Notes: generated by a model not told the origin, from the sequence alone. A DNA stretch of 64,000 bases from Candidatus Saccharimonadales bacterium (GCA_039920385.1 JBDSDR010000004.1:20125-84124); one strand, 5' to 3'; counted from the first letter of the stretch, positions 46,375 to 56,214 are shown. Made by a program: numbers and translations.

Positions 46375-46410
46375 CCCCGCTGCAAAACATGAGCGGGGTT
46401 TTCATTTGGC
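46375..46410 (+). terminator. rho-independent terminator
   Basis: CCCCGCT-gcaaaacatg-AGCGGGG hairpin followed by TTTTCATTT. Confidence 0.65.
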
Positions 46411-46532
46411 CTCTGTTATGGTATACTTTGCCAGTTGTGCCAACAGCAAGTTTGGGTCTCATATTGCTTCGCAATATTGAGCCCTCGTCGGAGAGAGAAA
46501 ATATGTACACACATTTTCTCTACTCCTACCTC

Positions 46533-46607
46533 GGTCTCATCGTCTAACGGTTAGGACACCGGGTTTTCATCCCGGCAATAGGGGTTCGATTCCCCTTGAG
46601 ATCACCA
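46533..46607 (+). tRNA. tRNA-Glu (anticodon TTC)
   Basis: Acceptor GGTCTCA/TGAGATC. Anticodon stem CCGGG/CCCGG with loop TTTTCAT. T-arm AGGGG-TTCGATT-CCCCT. CCA encoded. A hairpin plus T-run terminator follows (46617-46645). Confidence 0.85.
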
Positions 46608-46710
46608 AATAAAGTGCCCCAGCTAGTCTGGGGTATTTTATTTGGTTACTTCATGAATAGCTCTAGCTTATGCTTGCACGACTTACCCAGACAGACTAGT
46701 ATCAACTAAT

Positions 46711-46977
46711 ATGAGGCCTGATCATCCAAACCCACCGCGCAAACCGATTATAATGTCAGAAGAATTGTTACAGCAAGAGTCCCAGGAGCTGGTCTACGAG
46801 GCGCAACGGTACACTTTTCAGGCAGTTGCAAATGAGCGAGCTATTCGACACAATCTAGCCACACCAGAAATATCAGTTGTTCAAAAGACGTTCGAGGCCG
46901 CAGAGCAACTTTATTACCGTGCTTTTGGGGTTATTGGTTTGATATCGGCCGGGTTGTATAAGCGCCCTAAGAGCTAG
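46711..46977 (+). CDS. hypothetical protein
   Basis: 88-aa ORF after tRNA-Glu. No recognisable motif. Convergent with mgtE. Confidence 0.35.
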   Translation: MRPDHPNPPRKPIIMSEELLQQESQELVYEAQRYTFQAVANERAIRHNLATPEISVVQKTFEAAEQLYYRAFGVIGLISAGLYKRPKS

Positions 46978-48374
46978 CTCAGAACAATCGTGGCAAGACC
47001 TAGGAACGCCAAGAAACCAAGCACGTCAGTGGCGGTGGTGATAAATATGGTTGCCGAGGCAGCTGGGTCTTTGCCAAGTTTAGCCATAAGCAGGGGTACC
47101 AGGGTTCCAAAAAAGGCGGCGACTAACAAGTTGATGATCATGGCAATGGCCAGAATGAAAGCAATCTTATAGTCATGGTTAACTAAAATGACCACTGATG
47201 CCACCAGGACACCGTTAATTAAGCCATTGACTAGAGCCGCTCCCAGTTCGTTACGAAGCGTCTTCCAAGCTGTCTTTAGCTCAATTTGCTTAAGTGAAAT
47301 ACCCCGTACCTGGACGGCTAGTGTCTGAGTTGCCGCATTACCGCCCATTCCAGCTACAATCGGCATGTAAATCGCTAGCAGCACATATTTATTAAGAGTG
47401 CCTTCAAACAGCCCAATCGTAAAGGCTGCCAAAAAGGCCGTACCCAGGTTAATAATCAGCCAGCGGTAGCGGTTTTTAATCTTCATGCGTGAGGAGTCGG
47501 TGACACTCTCTTCTTGGCTAATACCGGCAAAGTTATACAAAGATGAGCCTTCGCGCTCCTGCATCAACTTGAGCATGTCGTCGGAGTAAATAATACCTAC
47601 TACGTCGCCGGCATCATTGAGTACGGCTATTTTGGCATGTGGGTGAGCGTGAAAGGCATGTTCGACATCGTGGTGAGTAGCGGCGTAAGAAATTGACGGG
47701 ATTCGCTTGACGTACTTGCCAATCAATTCACTTTTGGCGGCAAAGCCCAGTTCATGCCCCGGTAAAAAGCCTACTAGACCTCCATCCTTTAAGGCTAATA
47801 TGACCGGTGGACGACCGGTACGGGTTTCATGTTGTCTAAATTTATGAGCAACCTCAGATACGCTATCTTTTATATCAACCTGAATATAGTCGAGGGTCAT
47901 AAGACCGGCCGCAGTGGCGGCGTCAAACTCCAAGAGCGTAGATAAAGAGTCTTTTAAGCCTTGGCTAAGTAGTAGTAATACTTTTTCGCGTTTCTTTTTG
48001 CTAATAAGCTGCAGAATATCGGTGGCTTCATCAGGGTCCATCGTCTCTAGGATCATGACGACATCTTCATCAGAGATTTTCTGCAAGATATCCTTACGCA
48101 CACTCTTGGTGACCGAACGAAGTAGTTCGATGCGTTTGTCAGGAGGTGAAGCCAAGAATAGGTCGACCCGTTTATCCTTGCGGAACATAATATCGGCCAC
48201 CGCTACGGGGTTGGCTTTTTTAGTCAGCTGTTGGCCAATAGCTAGGCTCTTATCAATAATTTTGGCTGGGGCTTCAGCACTTTTTTGAAGAATATTTTTT
48301 GTCATAGTTTTTACGGCTTCTTGGTAATTATAACAAATATCGGTCATACCCCTATGATTTATAGCCATAAGCAA
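46974..48374 (-). CDS. mgtE: magnesium transporter MgtE (N-domain, tandem CBS, 5-TM pore)
   Basis: MgtE_N acidic domain. CBS pair (DYIQVDIKDS..., VAVLNDAGDVVGII). C-terminal TM domain with GNAATQ. Confidence 0.85.
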   Translation of the reverse strand: MLMAINHRGMTDICYNYQEAVKTMTKNILQKSAEAPAKIIDKSLAIGQQLTKKANPVAVADIMFRKDKRVDLFLASPPDKRIELLRSVTKSVRKDILQKISDEDVVMILETMDPDEATDILQLISKKKREKVLLLLSQGLKDSLSTLLEFDAATAAGLMTLDYIQVDIKDSVSEVAHKFRQHETRTGRPPVILALKDGGLVGFLPGHELGFAAKSELIGKYVKRIPSISYAATHHDVEHAFHAHPHAKIAVLNDAGDVVGIIYSDDMLKLMQEREGSSLYNFAGISQEESVTDSSRMKIKNRYRWLIINLGTAFLAAFTIGLFEGTLNKYVLLAIYMPIVAGMGGNAATQTLAVQVRGISLKQIELKTAWKTLRNELGAALVNGLINGVLVASVVILVNHDYKIAFILAIAMIINLLVAAFFGTLVPLLMAKLGKDPAASATIFITTATDVLGFLAFLGLATIVLS

Positions 48375-48388
48375 GTAAAATTAAACTA

Positions 48389-49819
48389 ATGAATATGACG
48401 ACTCAGGCACCCAAAGTGCCCTTATCTCGATTTAAAAGAACCAAGATCATCGCCACAGTTGGACCATCAACCAACAGCTATGAAGCCGTCTTGGAGTTAA
48501 TTAAAGCCGGCGCCAATGGCATCCGACTCAATTTTAGCCATGGTAATTACGAAGAACGTGATGATCAGATAAAATGGATTCGCAAGGCTAGTAAAGAATA
48601 CGGCAAACCAGTCGCTATTATCCAAGATTTGCAAGGCCCCAAAATTCGCTTAGGCGACTTTGAAGGGATTATTAATGTTCAAAAGGGGCAAAGCCTACAA
48701 TTCGGGTATAAGGCTGATATGGAGCGCTCTGGACTTATTCCGACTCAGTATGATTTAAGTAAAAAAGTGAAGCGCGGTGAGCGATTATATTTGTATGACG
48801 GCAAAATTCGTACCACGGTTACTAGCGTGCAAGATGGTGTTGTCCACGCCCAAGCCGAAAACGACGGCATTTTAATAAAACGCAAAGGCATTAATCTGCC
48901 AGACACCGACTTTGACGGGGATATTATTACCATCAAGGACAAAAAAGATATTACATTTGGCTCAACCCGTGATATCGATTACGTAGCTTTGAGTTTTGTG
49001 CAACGAGCCGAAGATATTGAACAGCTTAGGAAACGTTTAAAGAATCTTGGTAGCACAGCTCGAATTATTGCTAAAATTGAAACCAAAGCCTCGATCGATA
49101 ACCTCGAGGAGATTATACAAGCGACCGACGCGGTTATGGTGGCGCGCGGCGACTTGGCAATCGAAACCAATGCCGAAGCCGTGCCAATTGTGCAACGTCG
49201 AATTATTGGCCTAGGCTTAGCCCACGCTAAACCAACCATTGTTGCCACCCAAATGCTGGCTAGTATGACAGAAATGCCCGAACCGACTCGTGCCGAAGTC
49301 TCGGATGTGGCTACAGCAGTAATCATTGGCGCCGATTGTGTAATGCTGAGTGATGAAACTGCCAATGGCCAGTACCCAATCGAAGCAGTTAGTGTTATGA
49401 AGCGAGTTACGACTTATACCGAACGCAATAATCCGTTAACAGTCCAGTTTCCGGGAGAGCCTGATCACTCCCGGCAAAGCTCGGTCTGCACAGCAGTGAT
49501 TAACTTAGCTCACGATTTGCAGGCTAATGCCATTGTGGCCGAAACCCAGTCTGGTGCAACTGCCTTGCAGTTAGCGACCCGACGACCGAACGTCCCCTTA
49601 ATTGCGGTTACCCCAGATAAGCGGGTGGCTCAGCAGTTGGCGATTGTGTTTGGGGCTAAGGCCTATGTTAGACCGGCCGACAAAATGGCGGCAACTAAGC
49701 TTACTAACTGGCTGCAGCTCAATAAGGTGCTTAGCAAAGGCGATATTGTCGTAACTGCCTCTGGTAAGCATCCGGGTGTGGTCGGCACGACAGATACAAT
49801 AAAGGTCCGAGTACTTTAG
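48389..49819 (+). CDS. pyk: pyruvate kinase
   Basis: TKIIATVGPS..., IRLNFSHG and MVARGDLAIE signatures. Confidence 0.9.
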   Translation: MNMTTQAPKVPLSRFKRTKIIATVGPSTNSYEAVLELIKAGANGIRLNFSHGNYEERDDQIKWIRKASKEYGKPVAIIQDLQGPKIRLGDFEGIINVQKGQSLQFGYKADMERSGLIPTQYDLSKKVKRGERLYLYDGKIRTTVTSVQDGVVHAQAENDGILIKRKGINLPDTDFDGDIITIKDKKDITFGSTRDIDYVALSFVQRAEDIEQLRKRLKNLGSTARIIAKIETKASIDNLEEIIQATDAVMVARGDLAIETNAEAVPIVQRRIIGLGLAHAKPTIVATQMLASMTEMPEPTRAEVSDVATAVIIGADCVMLSDETANGQYPIEAVSVMKRVTTYTERNNPLTVQFPGEPDHSRQSSVCTAVINLAHDLQANAIVAETQSGATALQLATRRPNVPLIAVTPDKRVAQQLAIVFGAKAYVRPADKMAATKLTNWLQLNKVLSKGDIVVTASGKHPGVVGTTDTIKVRVL

Positions 49820-49829
49820 GTTACAAAGG

Positions 49830-51137
49830 GTGGGTGATTTGGTGAATTTTAGCAAACAGACAATTCGGGACATAAAGCTGAGCGGTAAGCGGGTATTATT
49901 GCGTGCCGATTATAACGTGCCACTCCGCGCCGACGGTAAAATTGCTGGGGACTACCGGATTCGCCAATCCTTGCCAACCATCGAATATCTAATCAAGCAG
50001 GGCTGCAAAATCGTCATAATCTCCCACATGGGGCGCCCTAAAACCAAGCACGATAAACATCTTAGCCTTCGGCCGGTTGCTCGGCATTTGCAGGATTTGC
50101 TTGGCAAGAAAGTAGCTTTCGCAGAAGATTGCATTGGCCCTATTGCCGAAAAGGCAGCTGCCAAACTCGAACCCGGGCAGGTCCTACTTTTAGAAAATTT
50201 ACGATTTCATCCCGAGGAAGAAGCCAACGACAAACACTTTGTTGAGGCTCTAGCTCGGCTTGGTGACATTTTTGTGCAAGATGGCTTTGGTGTAGTCCAT
50301 CGGGTCCATGCTTCTACCGAAGGCATAACTCATGCCCTACCGAGTGTGGCCGGTTTATTGCTAGATAAGGAAGTGACTGCTCTAACTGGAGCCATGGATA
50401 ACCCCAAGCGCCCGTTAATGGCGATTATTGGTGGCGCCAAGATAACCGACAAAATTGGCGTTATTAAGCGTTTCATTGAAGTTTCTAACTTTGTTGTAAT
50501 CGGTGGCGCTATGGCTAATACCTTTTTACAGGCTCAAGGTGTTGACACCGGCCGAAGTGTTAGCGTGCCAGAAGATATACCATTGGCTAAAGACATCATA
50601 GCCCTTGCCAAAGTTAAAGCCGCTAAGGGCGACTTTGTGTTTTATATACCGCAAGATGGGGTGGTGGCGGCTTCGCTGGATAGCCGGGCTCATACGCGGA
50701 TTGTCGACTGGCAGGCTCATGTGATTGCCGATATTGAGAACTATCCAAAACGGCCACCACGCGAGGCCAGTAAAATTAATAAGAATGAGTTAATCCTTGA
50801 TGTTGGGCCATTTTCGGGAGCCTTTATCGCCGGCGGCATACAACTGGCCAGCACGGTCATCTGGAATGGCACTATGGGAGTTACCGAAGTTAGCCCGCTG
50901 AGTGGTCTTGGCCCAACTGGCCCGTTCGCGCACGGCACCGAATTAATTGTAGAAGCCTTGTTAGGGCAGTTTGGCCACCGGCCTTTTAGTATTGTGGGCG
51001 GTGGTGATACGGTTAGCTACGTCGAGAGTCGTCAATTAACCGATAGTTTTAACCACGTTTCAACTGGTGGCGGTGCCAGCTTAGAGCTGATGAGTGGTAA
51101 AAAACTGCCTGGAATTGAGGCTCTGAAGAATAAATGA
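49830..51137 (+). CDS. pgk: phosphoglycerate kinase
   Basis: KRVLLRADYNVP N-terminal motif and GGGASLELM C-terminal motif. Confidence 0.9.
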   Translation: MGDLVNFSKQTIRDIKLSGKRVLLRADYNVPLRADGKIAGDYRIRQSLPTIEYLIKQGCKIVIISHMGRPKTKHDKHLSLRPVARHLQDLLGKKVAFAEDCIGPIAEKAAAKLEPGQVLLLENLRFHPEEEANDKHFVEALARLGDIFVQDGFGVVHRVHASTEGITHALPSVAGLLLDKEVTALTGAMDNPKRPLMAIIGGAKITDKIGVIKRFIEVSNFVVIGGAMANTFLQAQGVDTGRSVSVPEDIPLAKDIIALAKVKAAKGDFVFYIPQDGVVAASLDSRAHTRIVDWQAHVIADIENYPKRPPREASKINKNELILDVGPFSGAFIAGGIQLASTVIWNGTMGVTEVSPLSGLGPTGPFAHGTELIVEALLGQFGHRPFSIVGGGDTVSYVESRQLTDSFNHVSTGGGASLELMSGKKLPGIEALKNK

Positions 51138-51159
51138 GGTACAATTAAACATAATCATT

Positions 51160-51936
51160 ATGGCAGAACGAACTCTTATTATAGGCAATTGGAAAATGCA
51201 TCTCAATGTTAGCCAGGCTAGTCTTTTGCTGCATCGACTGCAAGAGAGAATTCGAATCAGCAATGATATAGAAGTTGTTTTAGCGCCCAGTATGTTGGTA
51301 CTACAGCCTTTGTCTGTCCGTTTGGATCGTCGTAAGTTCCGCTTAGCTGCCCAGAACGCCTATGCTAAAGACGAAGGTGCTTTTACTGGCGAAGTCTCAT
51401 TCACGATGTTGCGCGACCTTGTCCATTACGTTATTATTGGCCATTCCGAGCGCCGGACTTACTTTAATGAAACCTTGCCAATGATTCGCGACAAAGTCGC
51501 CGCCGCCGTTCGAAACGAAATTGTCCCAGTATTGTGTGTTGGCGAAACTAAGCAGGAGCGCAAAAACGGTGAAACACGTCAGGTCTTGCACGATCAGGTC
51601 AGTACAGCTTTAGCAGATCTTACCGCCAAAGAAGTCCAAGACTTAGTAATTGCTTACGAACCAGTCTGGGCAATTGGCAAAGGCGATCCCGCCAAACCCG
51701 ATCAAATCGAAGAAGCGATTGCTTATATTCGTCTGCAAATTGAGCATTTGTATGGTAAAAAAGCCGCCCAGGCTGTTCGAGTAATCTATGGTGCCAGTGT
51801 CGAGCCTGAATTTACTGGGGGTATATTGCAGCTCAAAGGAGTTGACGGCCTATTGGTCGGAGGCGCCAGTGTTAACTACCATCAGTTTTCGGCAATTGTC
51901 GATGCTGCCTATAAACTGCAACGAAAAGCAGAATAA
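51160..51936 (+). CDS. tpiA: triosephosphate isomerase
   Basis: IIGNWKMH, AYEPVWAIG and IYGASV signatures. A pyk-pgk-tpiA glycolytic operon. Confidence 0.9.
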   Translation: MAERTLIIGNWKMHLNVSQASLLLHRLQERIRISNDIEVVLAPSMLVLQPLSVRLDRRKFRLAAQNAYAKDEGAFTGEVSFTMLRDLVHYVIIGHSERRTYFNETLPMIRDKVAAAVRNEIVPVLCVGETKQERKNGETRQVLHDQVSTALADLTAKEVQDLVIAYEPVWAIGKGDPAKPDQIEEAIAYIRLQIEHLYGKKAAQAVRVIYGASVEPEFTGGILQLKGVDGLLVGGASVNYHQFSAIVDAAYKLQRKAE

Positions 51937-51976
51937 CACAACAAGAATAAGCTCTTCCGGCTGATATAATAATCGG

Positions 51977-54121
51977 GTGTTAGAAGACGTATTAATAGGG
52001 TTAAACCAAGAGCAACAAAAGGCCGTTCAAGCAACCGAGGGGCCTTTATTAATCTTGGCTGGTGCCGGCAGTGGTAAAACCAAAACTCTAACCCATCGAA
52101 TTGCTTATATTATTGCCAGCAAAAAGGCCACACCATTCAATATTCTTTCGGTAACCTTTACCAATAAAGCGGCTGGTGAAATGCGCGAACGGGTTGCCAA
52201 TTTACTGGGTGCGCGGGCCGAAGACCGATCGTTTATGCCCTACATGGGTACCTTTCACAGTATCTGTGTAAGACTTCTGCGCCAAGATGGCGAAGCGATT
52301 GGTATCCCGCGTAATTTTATTATTTTTGATGAGTCCGATCGCCAATCGACGGTTAAGCGTATCAGCAAGCAGTTACATATTGATGAAAAAAGCTTTCCAG
52401 CCAGAGTGATTGGCGGGTTAATTAGTAGTGCTAAAAACGAGCTAATGACGCCTCAGGCCTATGCTGGGACGGCTAACACACCAGCCCAAAAAGTCGCCGC
52501 TCAAATTTTTCCGCTGTATCAATCGGCATTGCGTGATGCCATGGCACTCGACTTCGACGATTTAATTAGTCGTACCGTATCACTCATGGAAACCCAGGCC
52601 GAAGTTCGTAATAAATGGCAGCAACAGTTTAAGTACGTCATGATTGACGAGTATCAAGACACCAACACCGCTCAGTACAAGCTCGTTAAACTATTAACTA
52701 ACAAGGATAACAATGTAGCCGTGGTAGGCGACGATTGGCAAAGTATTTATTCTTGGCGGGGCGCCGATTTTCGGAACATTTTAAATTTCGAAAAAGATTT
52801 TCCCAAATGTACCGTCATTAAGTTAGAACAAAACTACCGAAGTACCAAGGCTATCCTAGAAGCTGCCCATGCCGTGATTAGCCAAAACCAGCAACGTTCC
52901 GACAAAAAACTCTGGACCGATGCCGGCAACGGTTCACCGGTACAGGTCATACCAGTTGGTAACGAACGGGCCGAAGGGGAGGCGATTGTGCGCCGAATTC
53001 GTACCAGTACAGATATTAAGGCGCGCAATTTCCGTGACTACGCTATTCTCTATAGGACTAATGCGCAAAGCCGCTCTATCGAGGAAACCTTTATACATTA
53101 CGGCATCCCTTATCGGATTGTGGGTGGTCAACGCTTTTATGACCGCAAAGAAATCAAAGATATTGTGGCATATTTACGGCTTATTTATCAGGCCGAGGAT
53201 CGGGCTAGTTTTGATCGGGTGGTTAACGTGCCAACCCGTGGCATAGGGGCTAAGTCGTTACAAAATTTTCAGGCTTGGCAAAGCCAAAATGGCCTAAGTT
53301 TGGAAGAAGCTTTGCGGACTGCTGGTAGCTGCTCGACGATTACTGGCAAAGCTCGGCAAGGTCTGAGTGAGCTGGCCGACATTATTCAGTCTTGCCGCAA
53401 CCTAATGGAAGATACACCTTTACCAACCTTGCTAGATTCGCTGATTCGGCGACTTGATTACCTGCGTTTTTTGGATGATGGCACGCCGCAGGGCGAATCG
53501 CGCAAAGAGAATGTCCAAGAACTAATTAGTGTCGCTCAGACCTATCAAGAGCTTGGTCTGGCTGGCTTCCTGGAAGAGGTGTCGCTAATTAGTGATCTTG
53601 ATAGTTACGAAGCTGGTGGTAATGCCGTGACTTTAATGACTTTGCATGCTGCTAAAGGGCTGGAGTTCCCGGTAGTGTTTATGGCCGGCATGGAAGAAAC
53701 TATCTTTCCACACTCCCGGGCACTATATGATCAGTCTGAGATGGAGGAAGAGCGGCGACTTTGTTATGTTGGTATGACCCGGGCCAGGGAGGAGCTATGT
53801 TTAATCCATGCGAGTAGCCGTTTGTTGTATGGCGGCGTCCAGCATAATCCACCCAGCCGTTTCTTAAGCGAAATCGACGGTCAAGTCCAAACTAGCCCTA
53901 GCTCGTTTGGCAACCCCTTTGAGGCCGCTCAGCAATATCAACAAACCAGCGACGAACCGCAATATGTCCCCGATTTGAACGAAGGTGACGCAGTTAAGCA
54001 TAAGGTTTTTGGTATTGGCACAGTACTCGAGATGGACGGCGAAAATGCCACAATATATTTTAAAGGCAAGGGGACTAAAAAGCTTAATGTAGCTTTTGCA
54101 CCCCTCGAAAAACTAGGATGA
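51977..54121 (+). CDS. pcrA: ATP-dependent DNA helicase PcrA/UvrD
   Basis: Motif I LILAGAGSGKTKTLTHR. Motif II VMIDEYQDTN. Motif VI-like VGMTRAREEL. C-terminal Tudor-like domain (DAVKHKVFGIGTV). Confidence 0.9.
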   Translation: MLEDVLIGLNQEQQKAVQATEGPLLILAGAGSGKTKTLTHRIAYIIASKKATPFNILSVTFTNKAAGEMRERVANLLGARAEDRSFMPYMGTFHSICVRLLRQDGEAIGIPRNFIIFDESDRQSTVKRISKQLHIDEKSFPARVIGGLISSAKNELMTPQAYAGTANTPAQKVAAQIFPLYQSALRDAMALDFDDLISRTVSLMETQAEVRNKWQQQFKYVMIDEYQDTNTAQYKLVKLLTNKDNNVAVVGDDWQSIYSWRGADFRNILNFEKDFPKCTVIKLEQNYRSTKAILEAAHAVISQNQQRSDKKLWTDAGNGSPVQVIPVGNERAEGEAIVRRIRTSTDIKARNFRDYAILYRTNAQSRSIEETFIHYGIPYRIVGGQRFYDRKEIKDIVAYLRLIYQAEDRASFDRVVNVPTRGIGAKSLQNFQAWQSQNGLSLEEALRTAGSCSTITGKARQGLSELADIIQSCRNLMEDTPLPTLLDSLIRRLDYLRFLDDGTPQGESRKENVQELISVAQTYQELGLAGFLEEVSLISDLDSYEAGGNAVTLMTLHAAKGLEFPVVFMAGMEETIFPHSRALYDQSEMEEERRLCYVGMTRAREELCLIHASSRLLYGGVQHNPPSRFLSEIDGQVQTSPSSFGNPFEAAQQYQQTSDEPQYVPDLNEGDAVKHKVFGIGTVLEMDGENATIYFKGKGTKKLNVAFAPLEKLG

Positions 54122-54591
54122 GTCGAGTTTGGCGCAAGACCGGCAATATCGCCTTTTGGCTTAGCTATCCGTTGTTGCAAGTTTATTTGAGGATTGGCTG
54201 GCGTACCAGAGTAGTAGTGGTAGTGGGAACGGATATTCTGTTGGTAAAAGGCTGGCTGGGCTCTAATCAGTGGCAATTACCGGGGGGTGGTGCTCACCGC
54301 GGTGAGCCTCATGTCGAAGCGGCCTGCCGAGAATTAAAAGAAGAAACTGGCATCACAGTTACCCCCAAAGCGCTTAAATTATTGTACCAAGACCGATCTA
54401 GCCATAAGGGTTTAAGTTTTCGCTATCGATGTTACGGGCTTCGGCTAGACACCCGACCGATTGTCAAAAAAAAGGCTTTTGAAATTGTTGAAACTGCTTG
54501 GCTACCGCTGCAAATGGTTACTAAAGAGAACGCTACCCAAGAGACTTGTCAGGCTACCCGTGCTTGGTTGAAGCAGTCTGATTTGCTATAA
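54118..54591 (+). CDS. NUDIX hydrolase
   Basis: Nudix box PGGGAHRGEPHVEAACRELKEETGI. 4-nt overlap with pcrA. Confidence 0.75.
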   Translation: MSRVWRKTGNIAFWLSYPLLQVYLRIGWRTRVVVVVGTDILLVKGWLGSNQWQLPGGGAHRGEPHVEAACRELKEETGITVTPKALKLLYQDRSSHKGLSFRYRCYGLRLDTRPIVKKKAFEIVETAWLPLQMVTKENATQETCQATRAWLKQSDLL

Positions 54592-54665
54592 TAGTAAAGC
54601 TATTTTGGAGGGTTGGTGTATTGAAAGACTTGTTTTAACGCGGCCTCTAAACCATAGCTAACACT

Positions 54666-55880
54666 ATGAAATCACCTAAACCACTATCTAAACTCCCCAC
54701 CTATAGTCTTAAAAACCATCCATTCGTGGTACCGGTTGTTACTTTTTTGTGTCTTTTTATCGTTAGTCTAATCTCGTTTGTGTTTATGGGGGGTAGTACT
54801 CTCAAAGCAAACGATAGTCATATTGTGCATGTACATGTTGATGGTAAAGAACAGATTTTGCCCAGCCGGGCCGAGAAAGTCAGTGACTTGCTTCAACAAA
54901 CCAAAATCGAAATCGGTGAGCACGATGTTGTCGAGCCAGCACTCGATGCCCAAGTCACCGAAGATAATTTTAGTGTCAATGTTTATCGGGCTCATCCGGT
55001 AACAATTATCGAGGATAAAGCCGACGGCAAAAAGACCTCAATTACTACCTACACCGCTCAAGACTCACCCAACGAAATTGCTAAGCAGGCTGGCATAACT
55101 CTTTTACCAGAGGATAAAGCTACTGTAACTCGATCCGATAACGTCCTTCAAGAAGGGATTATTAACCAAAAGGTAGTTATAGAACGAGCTACCCCCATTA
55201 AGCTAAATCTGTATGGTGTCACCTACGACGTTCGAACGCACGCTCAAACTGTTGAGGATCTCTTGAAAGAACGCGGCATAGCTTATGATTCAGCGTCAGT
55301 CTCACCAGCTTTGACGACGCCCTTAACACCAGGCAGCGCCGTGTTTGTAACAAATGTAGGCAAGAAGATTACCACTACCGAAGAAGCCATCCCGAATGTC
55401 GAAAACAGCGTAACCGATCCTAACTTACCAGTTGGGCAGACGGCTGTACAAATTGAGGGAGCGCCTGGTTTGAAGGTAGTGATTTATGAGGTAGCGGCCG
55501 ACGGAACCCAGAAGGCTTTGCAAGAAGTAATCGTCAGGGAACCAGTGGCACGAGTAATCGCTCGTGGAACCAAGGTGGTTAATACCAGAATTGCTGGCGA
55601 TAAATCATCTATCCTAGCAGCAGCAGGCGTGCCTGATTCGCAGCATTTTGCGGCTGACTTTGTAATCGCCCGCGAATCTGGCTGGAATTTAGCCGCCCAA
55701 AATGCTGGCGGTTGTTTAGGCTTGGGGCAAGCCTGCCCGGGCGGTAAGCTAATTAATGCCTGCCCTAACTGGCAAAGCGATGCCACTTGCCAAGTCCGAT
55801 TTTTCTCAGGCTACGCCAACGGTCGGTATGGTAGTTGGCAAGGTGCTTACAATTTCTGGCTAATTAATCATTGGTGGTAA
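54666..55880 (+). CDS. RpfB-like envelope protein: TM anchor, two DUF348-like domains, a G5 domain and a Cys-rich C-terminal domain
   Basis: N-terminal TM. Two ubiquitin-like DUF348 segments. G5-like block (PVGQTAVQIEGAPGLKVVIYEV). C-terminal roughly 100 aa with 6 Cys and an ARESGWNLAAQNAGG segment weakly reminiscent of Rpf/lysozyme-like transglycosylase catalytic regions. Confidence 0.6.
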   Translation: MKSPKPLSKLPTYSLKNHPFVVPVVTFLCLFIVSLISFVFMGGSTLKANDSHIVHVHVDGKEQILPSRAEKVSDLLQQTKIEIGEHDVVEPALDAQVTEDNFSVNVYRAHPVTIIEDKADGKKTSITTYTAQDSPNEIAKQAGITLLPEDKATVTRSDNVLQEGIINQKVVIERATPIKLNLYGVTYDVRTHAQTVEDLLKERGIAYDSASVSPALTTPLTPGSAVFVTNVGKKITTTEEAIPNVENSVTDPNLPVGQTAVQIEGAPGLKVVIYEVAADGTQKALQEVIVREPVARVIARGTKVVNTRIAGDKSSILAAAGVPDSQHFAADFVIARESGWNLAAQNAGGCLGLGQACPGGKLINACPNWQSDATCQVRFFSGYANGRYGSWQGAYNFWLINHWW

Positions 55881-55889
55881 AATCCGCCC

Positions 55890-55949
55890 AAACTGAAATA
55901 GGTTGCGGCTTCGACCTCAAGGGTCTGCAGATGCAACCTATTTCAGTTT
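55890..55949. repeat. perfect 17-bp inverted repeat (long stem-loop) in the intergenic region
   Basis: AAACTGAAATAGGTTGC ... GCAACCTATTTCAGTTT with a 26-nt loop. There is no U-run afterwards, so it is not a typical intrinsic terminator. Confidence 0.55.
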
Positions 55950-55989
55950 GAGCTTCAGTCCTAATGAAAGCCGGTGGTATACTGGGGGC

Positions 55990-56211
55990 ATGAATGAAAT
56001 CCCAGTTCCCCCAGAAGAGACGGGCGAAATACCACAGCCTGAAGTTGAACAATTGGTGGCTATGAGTTGCTTGATGGAAGCTGCTGCTAGAGAACGTGAC
56101 TATAGGGAGAGTAGGGAAGTAACGCGACGATACTTGGCTAAGAGTGCTCATAGACATGGTCGGTTTCCTGGCGCACCACCTCCTTCAGAGCGAACACTCC
56201 GAGGCTATTAG
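55990..56211 (+). CDS. hypothetical 73-aa protein immediately upstream of rsmA
   Basis: The track start at 55903 falls inside the stem-loop. The in-frame ATG at 55990 has a GGGGG SD. Acidic N-half and basic C-half. Its stop lies 3 nt before the rsmA GTG start. Confidence 0.35.
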   Translation: MNEIPVPPEETGEIPQPEVEQLVAMSCLMEAAARERDYRESREVTRRYLAKSAHRHGRFPGAPPPSERTLRGY

Positions 56212-56214
56212 TCA

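Noticed and set aside
51977-54591. UvrD-family helicase plus NUDIX pair, considered as a possible phage-defence module
   Set aside because: The helicase is a full-length PcrA/UvrD with the housekeeping C-terminal Tudor domain. It sits in a core glycolytic and rRNA-maturation neighbourhood, and the NUDIX gene is a generic small hydrolase. Nothing indicates a defence island.
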